Of a stretch of 64,000 bases of DNA, positions 25,391 to 36,859 are shown in pieces (the first letter of the stretch is position 1; the number at the start of each line of letters is the position of its first letter). Below the pieces are notes generated by a model, which had not been told where the DNA came from, ran no database searches, and worked only from the letters and a program-made list of their open reading frames with translations. Position numbers and translations under genes: made by a program. The DNA comes from Camelus ferus (Eukaryota). The stretch covers positions 6,820,001-6,884,000 of the forward strand of contig NC_045727.1 of NCBI RefSeq assembly GCF_009834535.1, in the 5' to 3' direction.

Positions 25391-27379
25391 TAGATTGATG
25401 ACGATGTGATAAAGCATGCTATTCAGTTCAAGAAACCAACAGCAGAAGCACTTAACCCCCTGGAATTTAAATAAAAACTCAGGACAATCATGGGAAGTGA
25501 GGTACCAAAAACAAATAAAAAATTGCTAAAGTGATTTTAGGCCACAAAAGCCAAAAATTCTACCCTAGTGTGTTTGCATGGTCCATGCCTAGATCAGTTG
25601 TGGATAAAGTAATGTGAGCTGGAGCATGTTCAACCAAAACTGATAAAAGACCCCAAAAGAAATGGCTATTATGTTCCATCTGGTGTAACTGCCACTCCAC
25701 CTCACCCTCAATTAGTTGCTGGTAGCCACAAAGAGCACGTATGGAAAAGGATCGTGAGACTTTCTTCACCTGCAAACCCAGAGAGAATGAGGGCCATGAC
25801 TGATTAGTGACTGCCAGGGTGGACAAGGGGGAGGGCACTGATGAGTACCAAATTAACTGCCATCTCTAAAACCATAACCACACGAGGAAAGATAGGGAGT
25901 AAATAAATGGAATTTGTTACCCCAAATAAGTTGTACAAACCAACATACGATTATCTTCGAACTGGAAAGATAGCACTACAGTTTCTAAATATTAATCTGG
26001 TCTTGCTAATAATATACATGACATACCCAAAAGTTTTTATTACAGCAGGCAGCAGGAGGCTGGGCTGGGTCACCTCTGAATATTCTTCTCAGCCCAGCAC
26101 GAAACTCTGTGATTTTCAAGATGCCTCACTGTACTATCACAGCTGTGTTCCAGGTGGCTATTCTCCCAACAGCTTTGCTTTGAAGACGACATGAATATTT
26201 AAACATACTTTAGGCTAAACATGTTTCACGCTTCTCATTTCATCCACAGTCCAAAGGTGGGTTTTGTTTGGCTCACGTTTGAGATGTGTGTATGTGCATG
26301 TATATGCATATAAACCCACAGGCACTGCGTTACATACGCATCCTTGGACCTCCAAGGTGTGCGTATGTAAATTCCTCCTCTTAAATCTTGACACGCAGCT
26401 CATAAGTCAAAGTCTGTAGTTACAGGCCACTGACGTGTCCTCAGGCACACACAGCAGCTCTGCAGTAAGTATGAATGTACTGATTATTTGGAAATGACCT
26501 GTTAATGTTCCCACTGCAGTGATTCATAGACTGTGACCTCAGAACCATAGTGACTATGAAAAACCAATGTCTTCCTCACTGTTTTGATGGGCAAGAGGCT
26601 CAGTGAGTCACAGAAGGTCCCAGAGAGAGACGGGGGGGTCAGGTAGGGGCATGAAGGGTTGAGGTTAAAGACATATATTTTCTTTCTCTTTGCCATGAAA
26701 TCCCACTAAAACAACTATAAAAATGTTTTGCTTTTTGTTTTGTCTTCTTTTTACAGTTTAAACCCACCAGAATGGAGAGAGAGTAGGTGAGGGGAAAACC
26801 AAGGCGTCGAAGCTGAATATAGATGAAAAAAGAAATATAACAAAATCTTAAGCCAGCAGTGGAGAAAGTGAAGTATCATGGATTAGCAGCACCTCATCAG
26901 AAAGGAAGGCGCATCTAGACATGAAGGCGAAGGCAGCAGGACTGGATGAAATTCAGTTTAAGAAGCTGTCAGTTCTCTAGATCTGTTTCCCTACTTCATG
27001 TCACTAGATTGCCAAGATTCCAACCTGGCAAGAGACTAGAGGTTTCTTCTCTAGAGAAAATAAAACTAAAGATCTCTGGACTAAAGGACTCCAGAACCAG
27101 GTAATACATTTTAAAAAGAAAAGAGGATGAAAAATCAGAAAATAAAAATAGCTCTTAGAAAAAAAAAATTCCTTTTAATGAAAGAGCAAAAGTTAAACTC
27201 AATAGAAAGTTTAGAAAATAAAGTTAAGGAAATCTCCCAGAACAGAAAGCAAAACAAAAAAGAGAAATAAGAAAGAAATGAAAATTTGAAGACTGTTATA
27301 GGAAGTCTACTATCCAAGTAATAGGAATCCCTGAATGAAAAAAACAGAAAAAAAATGGGAGGAGGAAATCATCCATTAT

Positions 27380-27938
27380 ATTATGTATTTATTGCTTCAT
27401 AAAAAAATTACCCCAACACACAGAAACTTAAAACAAATATTTATTCTCTTACCCAGTTTCTGAGGGTCAGGAATCTGGGAGCAGCTTAGTGGGGTAGTTC
27501 TGGCTCAGGGTCTCCCACGAGGTTGCAGTCAAGCTGTCAGCAGGGGCTGCTGTCTCATCTGAAGGCTGGACTGGGGAAGGAGGATCATTTTTTTTTTCCC
27601 CAAAGTGACTTGCTCACATGGCTATTGGCAGAAGCCTCATCTGCTAGCTGGCTGTTGGCAGGAGGCCTCAGTTCTCTGCTACATGGGCCTCCCCGTAGGG
27701 CTGCTTCACATGGTAGCTGGCTTCCCCCAAAGCAAGTGATCCAGGAGAAGAGCAAGCACCACCAAATGGAAGTCACAGAGTCTTTTTTACCCCAATCTCA
27801 GAAGTGAATTACATCACTTCTGCTCTATACTATTGGACACAGAGACCAACCCTGGTTCAGTAATGAGAGTGGACTGTACCAGGTATGACTATCAGCAGAC
27901 AAGGATCATTGGGGCCATCTTGGAGGCTGACTACCACA
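27380..27938 (-). mobile_element. MLT1F-type MaLR solo LTR
   Basis: ctggctcagggtctcccacgaggttgcagtcaag ... ggccatcttggaggctgactaccaca. Confidence 0.85.
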
Positions 27939-28438
27939 TCCATGAAATGTACATGTGTGCATATTATGTATGTGTATATTTTAATTCTCAGATTTTGAGG
28001 ACCTAGGTTTCCAATACTGGAAAAGCCCCACTAACTGCTTAGCACAAAGGGCCCATGCCAATGACCTACCATCATGAACTTTCAAAATGCCAAGCATTGT
28101 ATTACTTTCAAGAGATGTTAAAANNNNNNNNNNNNNNNNNNNNNNNNNNNNNNNNNNNNNNNNNNNNNNNNNNNNNNNNNNNNNNNNNNNNNNNNNNNNN
28201 NNNNNNNNNNNNNNNNNNNNNNNNNNNNNNNNNNNNNNNNNNNNNNNNNNNTATAAAACAGACAAGAGTTAACNNNNNNNNNNNNNNNNNNNNNNNNNNN
28301 NNNNNNNNNNNNNNNNNNNNNNNNNNNNNNNNNNNNNNNNNNNNNNNNNNNNNNNNNNNNNNNNNNNNNNNNNNNNNNNNNNNNNNNNNNNNNNNNNNNN
28401 NNNNNNNNNNNNNNNNNNNNNNNNNNNNNNNNNNNNNN

Positions 28439-29090
28439 GATGAAATTGCCATCTCAGAGAGGTACCTCCTTGTTCATTACAGAATTATTTGTAATAGCCA
28501 AAGCATGAGAAAAACCTGTGTCCACTGATGAATACATGGATAAAGAAAATGGGGTATACATACGAAATGGAGTATTACTTAGCCATAAAAAAGAAGGAAT
28601 CTTACCATTTGCAACAACATGGACAAAACTTGATGGCATTATGCTAAGTGAAATAAGTCAGACAAAGAAAGACAAATACTTTATGTTATCACTTATATGT
28701 GGAATCAATAAAAAAAATTTTTTTTAAAAAACTCACAGAAACAGAGTAGATTGCTGGTTGCCAAAGGCAAGGCCTAGCAGGTAGGGGAAATGGGTGAAGG
28801 TGATCAGTGGTACAAACTTCCAGTTATAAAATAAAGTAAGTCTGTAGGTATAATTGGACAGCATGGTGACTACAGTTAACAATACTGTATTGTATACTTG
28901 AAAGCTGCTAAAAGAGTAGATCTTAAAAGTCCTCACCACACACACACACTATATGGTAACTGATGAGGTATGAGTATGTTAACTAGCCTTAGTGTGGTGA
29001 TCATAGCACACTATGTGTATGTCAAATCACGTCGTATGCCTTAAACTTACACAATATATCAATTATATCACAATAAAGCTGGAGGAAAAA
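28439..29090 (+). mobile_element. L1 3' end (L1MA/L1_Art-like)
   Basis: catttgcaacaacatggac...ctaagtgaaataagtcagac...aataaagctggaggaaaaa. Confidence 0.88.
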
Positions 29091-29276
29091 GTCAGATCAA
29101 AGTATTAGTAATCAGAATGGCTTCGGACTTCTCCAAGGCAACACTGGAAGCTAGAAAGCAATAAACAGTGCCTTGAAAATCCTGAAGGAAAATGATTTCC
29201 AAGTTAGAATTAAATCCTCCAGAATGAAAAACACTGGAGAGGAAGCAACAAAATTTTAGAAACTGGAAAGTAAATT

Positions 29277-29303
29277 CACACACACACACACACACACACA
29301 CAC
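29277..29303. repeat. (CA)n microsatellite
   Basis: cacacaca... Confidence 0.9.
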
Positions 29304-30734
29304 CCCTGAATTCTAGAACTTGACAATGGAGAAACCTGAAAATAATGAATTAGCAGCATAAGGAACCTCTAGAAAGAGGTTAAGGAAAGGAGGGGCCGGT
29401 TGAGACATGGTTAAATGCTAAGCACTTACTGGGCCTTTTCAGTTCTGGAAATGTATGGGCCTAAATTCTAGGAATTAAAAATGTAGTTATACCAGCCAAA
29501 ACATCAATGACGTAAAAGACAGAAGGAAAGTGTTCTGAATCATGCTTGGTAAGCTACTGCAAGATTTGTTTTACCCGAATGGGGGAGGAAGCAGAGAAAC
29601 AGGAAGACAAGAGAAACAAGAAATGGGAACTCAAAGTCAAACGAGGTAAAGAGAGGGGAGCTCCAGTATGGTGGTGAAGGGGAATCCCAAAGGGACAGCT
29701 GTGTGCCAGGCTGCCCGGCTCCCAGTCCAGAGTAGAGGTCAGAGGTCCCCAGGAGGAAGCTCTCTCCCGGCGATGAAACCAGGTGCCTCTCAATGTCTTA
29801 GGGGGGATTTAGACACTCGGTAAGGGCTTTGAGGATGAGTTTGTAATAGTACATAGAAAACCAAGCAAACAATAAAAATGAAAAATATACAAGATAATTA
29901 TTAATTCCTGGGGGGCACAATGTCAAGGAAAGAAAAAGCAATCAGTTTACAACCCAGCTCAGCTTTGACTAGCGTTGACAGCCATAATAATGTAAACACT
30001 GAATACTGACCTAATCAAAATTATGAGAGAACTGTACTCAGGGAGAAGGGGATGACTTCCACAGTGGGAATTTAATAAAGAATACCCAGAACTGAAATAT
30101 CTAGCATTAGTAACAAGTAGATGTAGATAGAAGGTAAATATCAAAACAATCAGCGAAAGGAGGCGAGACAGTTGCTTGTAGGAGGGGAAATCAGGGCGAG
30201 AACAAGGGACTACTGTATTTTGTGGTGAATTTTGCAGAACTATTTGACTTTCTAAGCTGCACATGCATTACTTTGACCTTAGAAAGAGATTAATACGCTG
30301 CAATGAGAAATGACGAGGCAGACAGCCAACCATCCATTCATTCAATAAGCATTTAACATGTGCCTACAGTATACCAGTCCTTGGGGATTTGGAAGAAAAA
30401 CAAACAAAAAACAATCTGTCCCTTTCTTCCCTGGCTCACAGTCCAGTGGGTTTCTCAACACAGGCAGAGGGACAGACTCTCTTCTAGTGAGGCATTAATA
30501 AGGTGAAGAAGAGAGGCTTAGCCACCTGCGTGCCTTGAACTTCACGGTTTGTGGCCAGTGGCTTCTGTTGGCTCGCCCTAGGCAGGGATATCCTTGGAAG
30601 GCTGCTGTGGGCTTAGCCTCAAGTCATGATGGGACCCAAGCAGGTGGGGTAGCTGACAACTAAAATTAATAATGGTCCCTAATACGGGCAGTCAGCAATG
30701 AGGGATACATTTTCTGAAGCACTAGAGCAACCTA

Positions 30735-33650
30735 AGGCTTGTTTCAAACATGAGGGTCATTGCTCTGGCTGCTCTGCTTGCATGACCTTATTTAGTCCTC
30801 ACAATAGACTTCTGAGGTGCTACTATTATCCCCACTTTCTGGATGAGGCAACTGGAGCCCAGAGAGGTTACGTGACTTACCTAAGGTCACACAGCTTGTA
30901 AGCAGCAGAGCTAAAATTCAAACCTGAGTCTTGAGTCCACGCCGAAATTCTAGCTCCTGCTCTACCATTAATCGGCTGTGTGATCTCAGGCAAGTCCCTT
31001 CCCTTCTTGGTGTCTGTTTCCTTCCTTCTCTGTGTGATCAGAGGAGGTTGACTCAGATGACATGTAAGCATCCTCTATACTTCGGCAGTCTACGTTAGGA
31101 TAGGGGAAGCCAAAGGGGAAAGGAAACATGAAGAGGGTACAGAGGCGAACATTCATTTCTCCTCCGAGCCTCAATTTCCTCATCTGTAAAATTAGGGAAT
31201 CATTAAGACACATCTCGCGGGGTTGTTGAGTGTATTAAATAAGACAACGTAAGGATTCCTGAAAGTTTCCACTTCTGGGAAGGTCAAAGCACCATGTTTG
31301 CAGAAAGAAGAGTGATCAAAGCAGAAGAAAGGGAGTCAAACAAAATTACTGTCTAACAGGAATGTGCGCTGTTGCCCTTTATTGGTTTTACATACGAGTT
31401 AGTTTACGAATACTTTCAGGAGCATGTAGGTGTGAAATTGGAAAGCGTCACCGCAGGATTGCCACGAGCCACTGCACTGGCGATATCAAAGGGGGAGGGA
31501 GGCGGGAACAGGGTGGGCCAGGGATGGGGAGGAGAGGAGAGAGGCAGAGGCAGAAAGGAAAGGAAGGTGAGCCCCAGGTGTGGAAGGACAAAAAGATACG
31601 GGGCTGGGGAGCAAACTGATTTTTAAAGTTTAAAGCTCATTCACCCAGATTTATTGCTGAACACACGCTGTCTTGACTTTCTGGACATGTCCCGAACTCT
31701 CCCGCCTCTGCGCTCCCGCTCAAGCCATCCCCTCTGTGCGCTTTCCTGTTCCTAGCCATGGACACTGCTCCAGGCCTGCCTAGCTTTCAGGCCAAGCTCG
31801 AATTTTATTTTCTTTCAGAAGAAATTATAAAGCATTTGTCGTTAATACAGACTCTGGGTCAGCAAGACCTGCTTTAGAACTGAGTCGGCTGAACTTGAGG
31901 CAAGTTTCTTAACCTCTCAAAACCTCAGCTTCCCAATCTGTAAACTGCAGACACACAGGAACCACCTCACAAGGTTACAATAAATAATGAATGATACTGC
32001 ACATGAAGGCTTAACCATCTGCTCAATAAATGTCAGGTGCTATTATTTTCTCAGTTGCCCGCATTCCAGTCCCACTTTCTCCACGGCCTATTACACTGAA
32101 CTAGAATTACTGACAACCATGGGTGCCCATCCCCGCTCTCCCAGAGGGAAGGAACACGCTTTTATTTATCTCTGAATCCCTGAAAAGAGCCCAGTACACT
32201 ATGTAACATGCAACAGAAGCTCCATAAACGTCACTTGAATTGAATGCAATGATTATCCCATTCTCAAGCCCATGATTACTGTTTCAAGTAGAAGAAAAAA
32301 GTATTCCAAACAATTGGCTGTAGGTAACCAGATGACCATGGAGGTTCCCCATCTTGTCTGGGATGAGAGCGAAGCTCTCCAGGAACCCATTCTGTGGCAG
32401 GGACCCTTCTGCTCCCATAATAATGAAAACAAGAACAATAAACAACAAACATGTACTGAGGGTTTACTCTGTCCCAAACAACTACTTATAAGGGCTTTAC
32501 CCAAAATAAACCAGTTAATCCTCAAAGCAACTCCATGGAAAGGGGGCAATTCTCATCTTCATTCCACAGAAAACTGAGTAGAGTGACCCACTGTCCCAGT
32601 TTGGCAGAGTCTGAGCGGGGTTCCTGGGGTGCAGGACTCTGCGCTAAATCCAGAAAAGTCCCAGCCACGCTGGGATGAGTGTGCCCAGACTCTGAAGCAC
32701 ACCGATGTTATGCAGATGGCCCAAGGTTAATGAGTGGCCCAACCAGGATGATGAACCCAGGACCCCCATCACCCCTACTGCAGGCACAGAGGCAAAAACG
32801 AATCTACTGAGACAACAAATTGTCCAAGTCATAAAGGGGCCTGTCCACCATGCTTTCCAGCATAGTCTGATCCAAGCAGGTATTCAAATGACTGTCCCAG
32901 CTGTGTTCTAGCCACACACTGCCCACGGCAGGCCATATGACCTAGGCAAATTATTACCATCTCTGGGCCTCAGATGTTTTCATTGTCAAAATGAAGTGGT
33001 CAGACTAGATCAGGGATAGCCTATGACGTTTACTCTACCCAAGCTTGAGCCTCAGAATCCTTCTCAACCCATCCCGCTGGGCGTTTACAACCCAAATGTA
33101 GGAGCTGACACTTACCATGATCTCTAAAACCTGCAGCTTCACCTTTTGTCTGATGGCGCTAAACTACCTTACCAGGAACGGGCGCCGATTTGGCACCTAA
33201 TGTCCAAAGCGGCGGCAGCAGCAGCAAGGGAAGGGGTGGTCTGCACAGGCTGGGGGCACGCCCCGCGCCCAGGCCTGCGCTACCCACACCTCATGGTACA
33301 GCCTGGTGAACGAGGGCAGGGACTCTGCGGAGACGGCCTGGGCTTGGCCCTGGCTCACCATTTACGAGCTGTGTGACCTTAGGCAACTTACTTAATCTGT
33401 TTCTTGATTTCCTAAACTATAAAATAAGGATTATAGTACTATTTACCTCATAGGATTACAGGATTCAGTAAGTTAATGTGTGTACAATGTCTAGCATGTA
33501 GTTAAGCAGTACGTGTGCTGTTATTATTAGAATCCTCAAAATCACTCTGAGGTAGGAACTGAGGTTCAGAGAGATTAAGTTGCCCCAGGTCACACAGACA
33601 GTTAAGAAGCAAAGCCGGATCCAAACACTAATTTCAAAGCCTTTGCTCTG
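30735..33650. mobile_element. Cluster of at least seven MIR/L2 remnants in both orientations
   Basis: Repeated MIR cores (gcctcaatttcctcatctgtaaaa, gtgtgaccttaggcaa, gaggaaactgagg-type motifs). Confidence 0.7.
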
Positions 33651-35705
33651 CTGCGCTTGCCACAATGCCACACTGCATCTCAGCAAACACTCAAATGCTC
33701 ATTTCAATGGTGAAATGAAAGCGATTCTTGGTCACCTGCAGGGGCTTGCCTGCATTCCTGGGGCTGCCGCACCCCCATCCCACTCAGCACCTGCTCGTTC
33801 CCCACGGGCACTGCTCTTCCACCTGGGTCCGCAGTATCACCTGCTTTAACCTCTGGCCCGTCAGCACCATCGGCTGAGAGAGGGGTGTTGCCCACAGATG
33901 GGGGCACCAGTCTACAGAAAACCAGAGCACAGACTACTGACCCTCCAGCTCTCGAGAAATAGGGCAGAGAATCTTTGTAACTCTCATTATTGGTCTTCCC
34001 CTATCAGCAAAGTAAATTCTGCTATTTTATAGATCTCTATCTTTCAGGGAATTATGAGCAAACGCAGATTAGAGAAAATGGGTAAAGGTATTAGCATCTG
34101 GGTACCTGTGCTGTATCTTATGTCCCTCACTCCCCTAACGATCTTCCTAAAACATATGTATCTCTTTGTCTTAATAACCAGAGTTAGTTATTCACGAAAG
34201 TATCTATTCTGGTTAACACTAAAGTTCCTGAAGCGAATATATTTCTTGCTATGCTATTATGCCCCAAAAGAGTGAACTGGTACCCATGTTTCTAGTTCAT
34301 TCCATCCAGTGCCTTCTTTTTAAAAGCAGGAAAAGGACTTAGCTTTACCAAAAATGGGGCTTGGGGTGTCTCTAACACTAGTGAAAGACCAGAAACTGGT
34401 TCCATTCCTGCTTCTGCCCAAAGACTGCAGCCCCCCAGGATCTACTGTAGCACAGCTTGCTGGTCGGGGCTGAGCAGGCGGTCTGCAGCAGGCGACGTGG
34501 GAGTGGTGTGCTCTGCCAGCAGTGACCCCACAGGACGTGACAGGGAAGGTTCACCGACACCCAGGAAGCAGCAAGAGGTAGGATGTCCAGCTCTTCATCT
34601 AAGTTTTTGGAAACCGGTTCACTGGCTCCTACCCTTCCTCCTGACTTTACAGATAGGAAAGGTGGGAAGAAAGTCATCCGGAAAAACAGAGACACGTTTT
34701 CCTCCAAGGCTTATCAGATAAAGTCGGCTCTACCGAGACTGATGACCCTCTACGTCCTGAATGGTTCCTCCCTTTGTGGAACCGCCATGCTCATGTCTTG
34801 TTAAAGGAAAGTAACTTCCTGGTGAAGAACTTGACTCCCTTGACTCTACTGCCAAGGGAGAAGCCCAGAGTTATCCAGCAGGGAGGAGGGCCCTACCCAA
34901 TAGTGTTTTGACCTCTAAATTTGCTCTGGGAGTATGCCAGTCCAAGAGGTGAGAGCAGATAAAAGCCAACCCCCAGGGAAGGCTGAAGGAGAAAGGTGGA
35001 AACACTGAATGTGTTTTAACAGAGGAGGTTGGGAAAAGGACAGCAGAGGGCAGCCGTTAGGAAACCTGCCTTAGATAGATTCCAGAAGAGTGGGACCCGG
35101 CCACTCAATGTGTGACCTTAGAGAGGTGCCTGAACATCTTCTGTGACTAAAGGGGTCTGCTTTCTCCTCTGAAAATTGGTGGTAACGACAAACCAGTGTA
35201 TTCTTTCCAGGGCCGTTAAGCGACTTAAATGACATGACGCCGGTGGAGGGCACGCCACCTGGAACTGGAGCCACTGTAACCAGCCTGCCTTGCTTTGCCT
35301 GTCACTTGGTACAGTAACACTGTCCAACAACTGACATTTGCGGAGCACTTCCTGTGACCAAGCACAGTGCTGAGCTCTGGCTCTCACAAGAGAATTAAAG
35401 CCTCAAGTTTGCGGGTGTTAGTACTCTTTACAGATTACTCCTTTGAAGGTTGAGTCTAGTGCCTGGCATACAGGCAGTACTCAGTACAAGGCGGATATTA
35501 GCGTCAAGGGCAAGCCCCATTCGCCTTGGTAACAAACAGGAGGGTGAGATGCGGGAGCTGAGTCTGTTTTTTCACTGCCTCTCTTTAGCCACATCCTTCG
35601 CTGCCTGCCAGCTAGCCTACCCCTAGGCTACCCCAGGGACTTGGCTCCTTCGGAACAACTGTGGAAGGACCCGCAGACCTCAAGAGCTTGAATCTTAAAG
35701 TGATC

Positions 35706-36345
35706 AAAACAGAGTAAACTTAGTGGGCTAGCAGTTACACTAGTGAGGAGTGGTAACTGGAAGAAACGCTACGGGGCTCATGGACGTTGGTGACATTGTT
35801 TCATGGTCTGGATGCTGGTTACATGGTTGTCAGTGATGCTGTCTCCTGGTCCAGATGCCGGTTATGTGGACACTGGTGACACTGTCTCCTGGACCAGGTG
35901 TCGGTTACGTGGACATTGGTGATGCTGTCTCCTGGTCCAGATGCCGGTTATGTGGATGTTGGTGATGCTGTCTCCTGGTCCAGATGCCAGTTATGTGGAT
36001 GTTGGTGACACTGTCTCCTGGACCAGGTGTCGGTTACGTGGACATTGGTGATGCTGTCTCCTGGTCCAGATACTGGTTATGTGGACATTGGTGATACTGT
36101 CTCCTGGTCCAGGTGCTAGCTACATGGACACTGGTGATGCTGTCTCCTGGTCCAGGTGTCAGTTACGTGGACACTGGCGATGCTGTTTCCTGGTCCAGAT
36201 GCCAGTTGTGTTGTGGATGTTGGTGACACTGTCTCTTGGTCTAGATGCTGGTTACGTGCATGTGTTCACACTGAGAAAACAACTTCTACAATTAAGATTT
36301 GTGCACTTTTTCATATGTATGTTATGTTACAATAAAATATTATTC
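35706..36345 (+). mobile_element. Old L1M (L1MC/L1ME-like) 3' UTR fragment hosting the minisatellite
   Basis: Right flank tgtgttcac...aagatttgtgcacttttt...tatgttatgttacaataaaa matches the recalled L1M 3' end. Confidence 0.65.
35780..36262. repeat. 43-bp minisatellite, 11 units
   Basis: The anchor gtctcctgg (or a variant) recurs at 35798, 35841, 35884, 35927, 35970, 36013, 36056, 36099, 36142, 36185 and 36231. Confidence 0.95.
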
Positions 36346-36859
36346 AAATATTGACTGCCCCCTCCTCCATTATTCAAAGCATGAAGCAGCCCTTCTAATG
36401 AGTGACAGAAGCACGACTAGGTTACAAGCACAACAGAGTGGTCACTTGCAGCAGTGAGTGGCCTCATCCGTTTACCGCCTAGGAGCTGCAGAAACACTTC
36501 AGGTGCTGGTGAGACGGGCCAGCACTGCTCCAGGGTACCAGATGAACATCTCCTCCTCCTACCAGTTTATCTTCACGCTTTTCCTATTTAAGGCCAATTT
36601 TAGTTACTCAGTTTCTAAATCAGATTCTTTTATCCAACCAGGAGACAGCTGACTACCTTTAAGGGTCGACACCCCTAGACTGCTCTTTACAAACCCGAGT
36701 CAGTCTTTGATGCCACTCCACCTCTCACTCTCCATAACAATCCAATGTCTCGTAGAGCCTTCCCTCTTCCTCAACTTCCTTCCCCTATGGTCGTTGGAGA
36801 GAAAATCTAATAAATTTCAATCATTTATCAAGTCAATGGATATAACACAGACTATATGC

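Larger units (their letters stand above)
26700..29230 (+). mobile_element. Old L1M/HAL1 ORF1-region remnant, split by MLT1F and a younger L1
   Basis: gaaatctcccagaac...aataggaatccctgaa on the left; atcagaatggcttcggacttctc...gaaggaaaatgatttcc resumes at 29091. Confidence 0.6.

Noticed and set aside
25560-25840. Possible processed pseudogene in unique-looking sequence
   Set aside because: Short frames with stops, no recognisable peptide, and no poly(A) or TSD.
33861-33880. REST/RE1 site (tcagcacc...)
   Set aside because: Only the left half-site matches; the GGACAG right half is missing.
35780-36262. 43-bp repeat array read as CRISPR-like, or as a coding repeat (ORF 36079..36354)
   Set aside because: The units are head-to-tail with no unique spacers, the context is mammalian, and the 43-bp period is not a multiple of 3.
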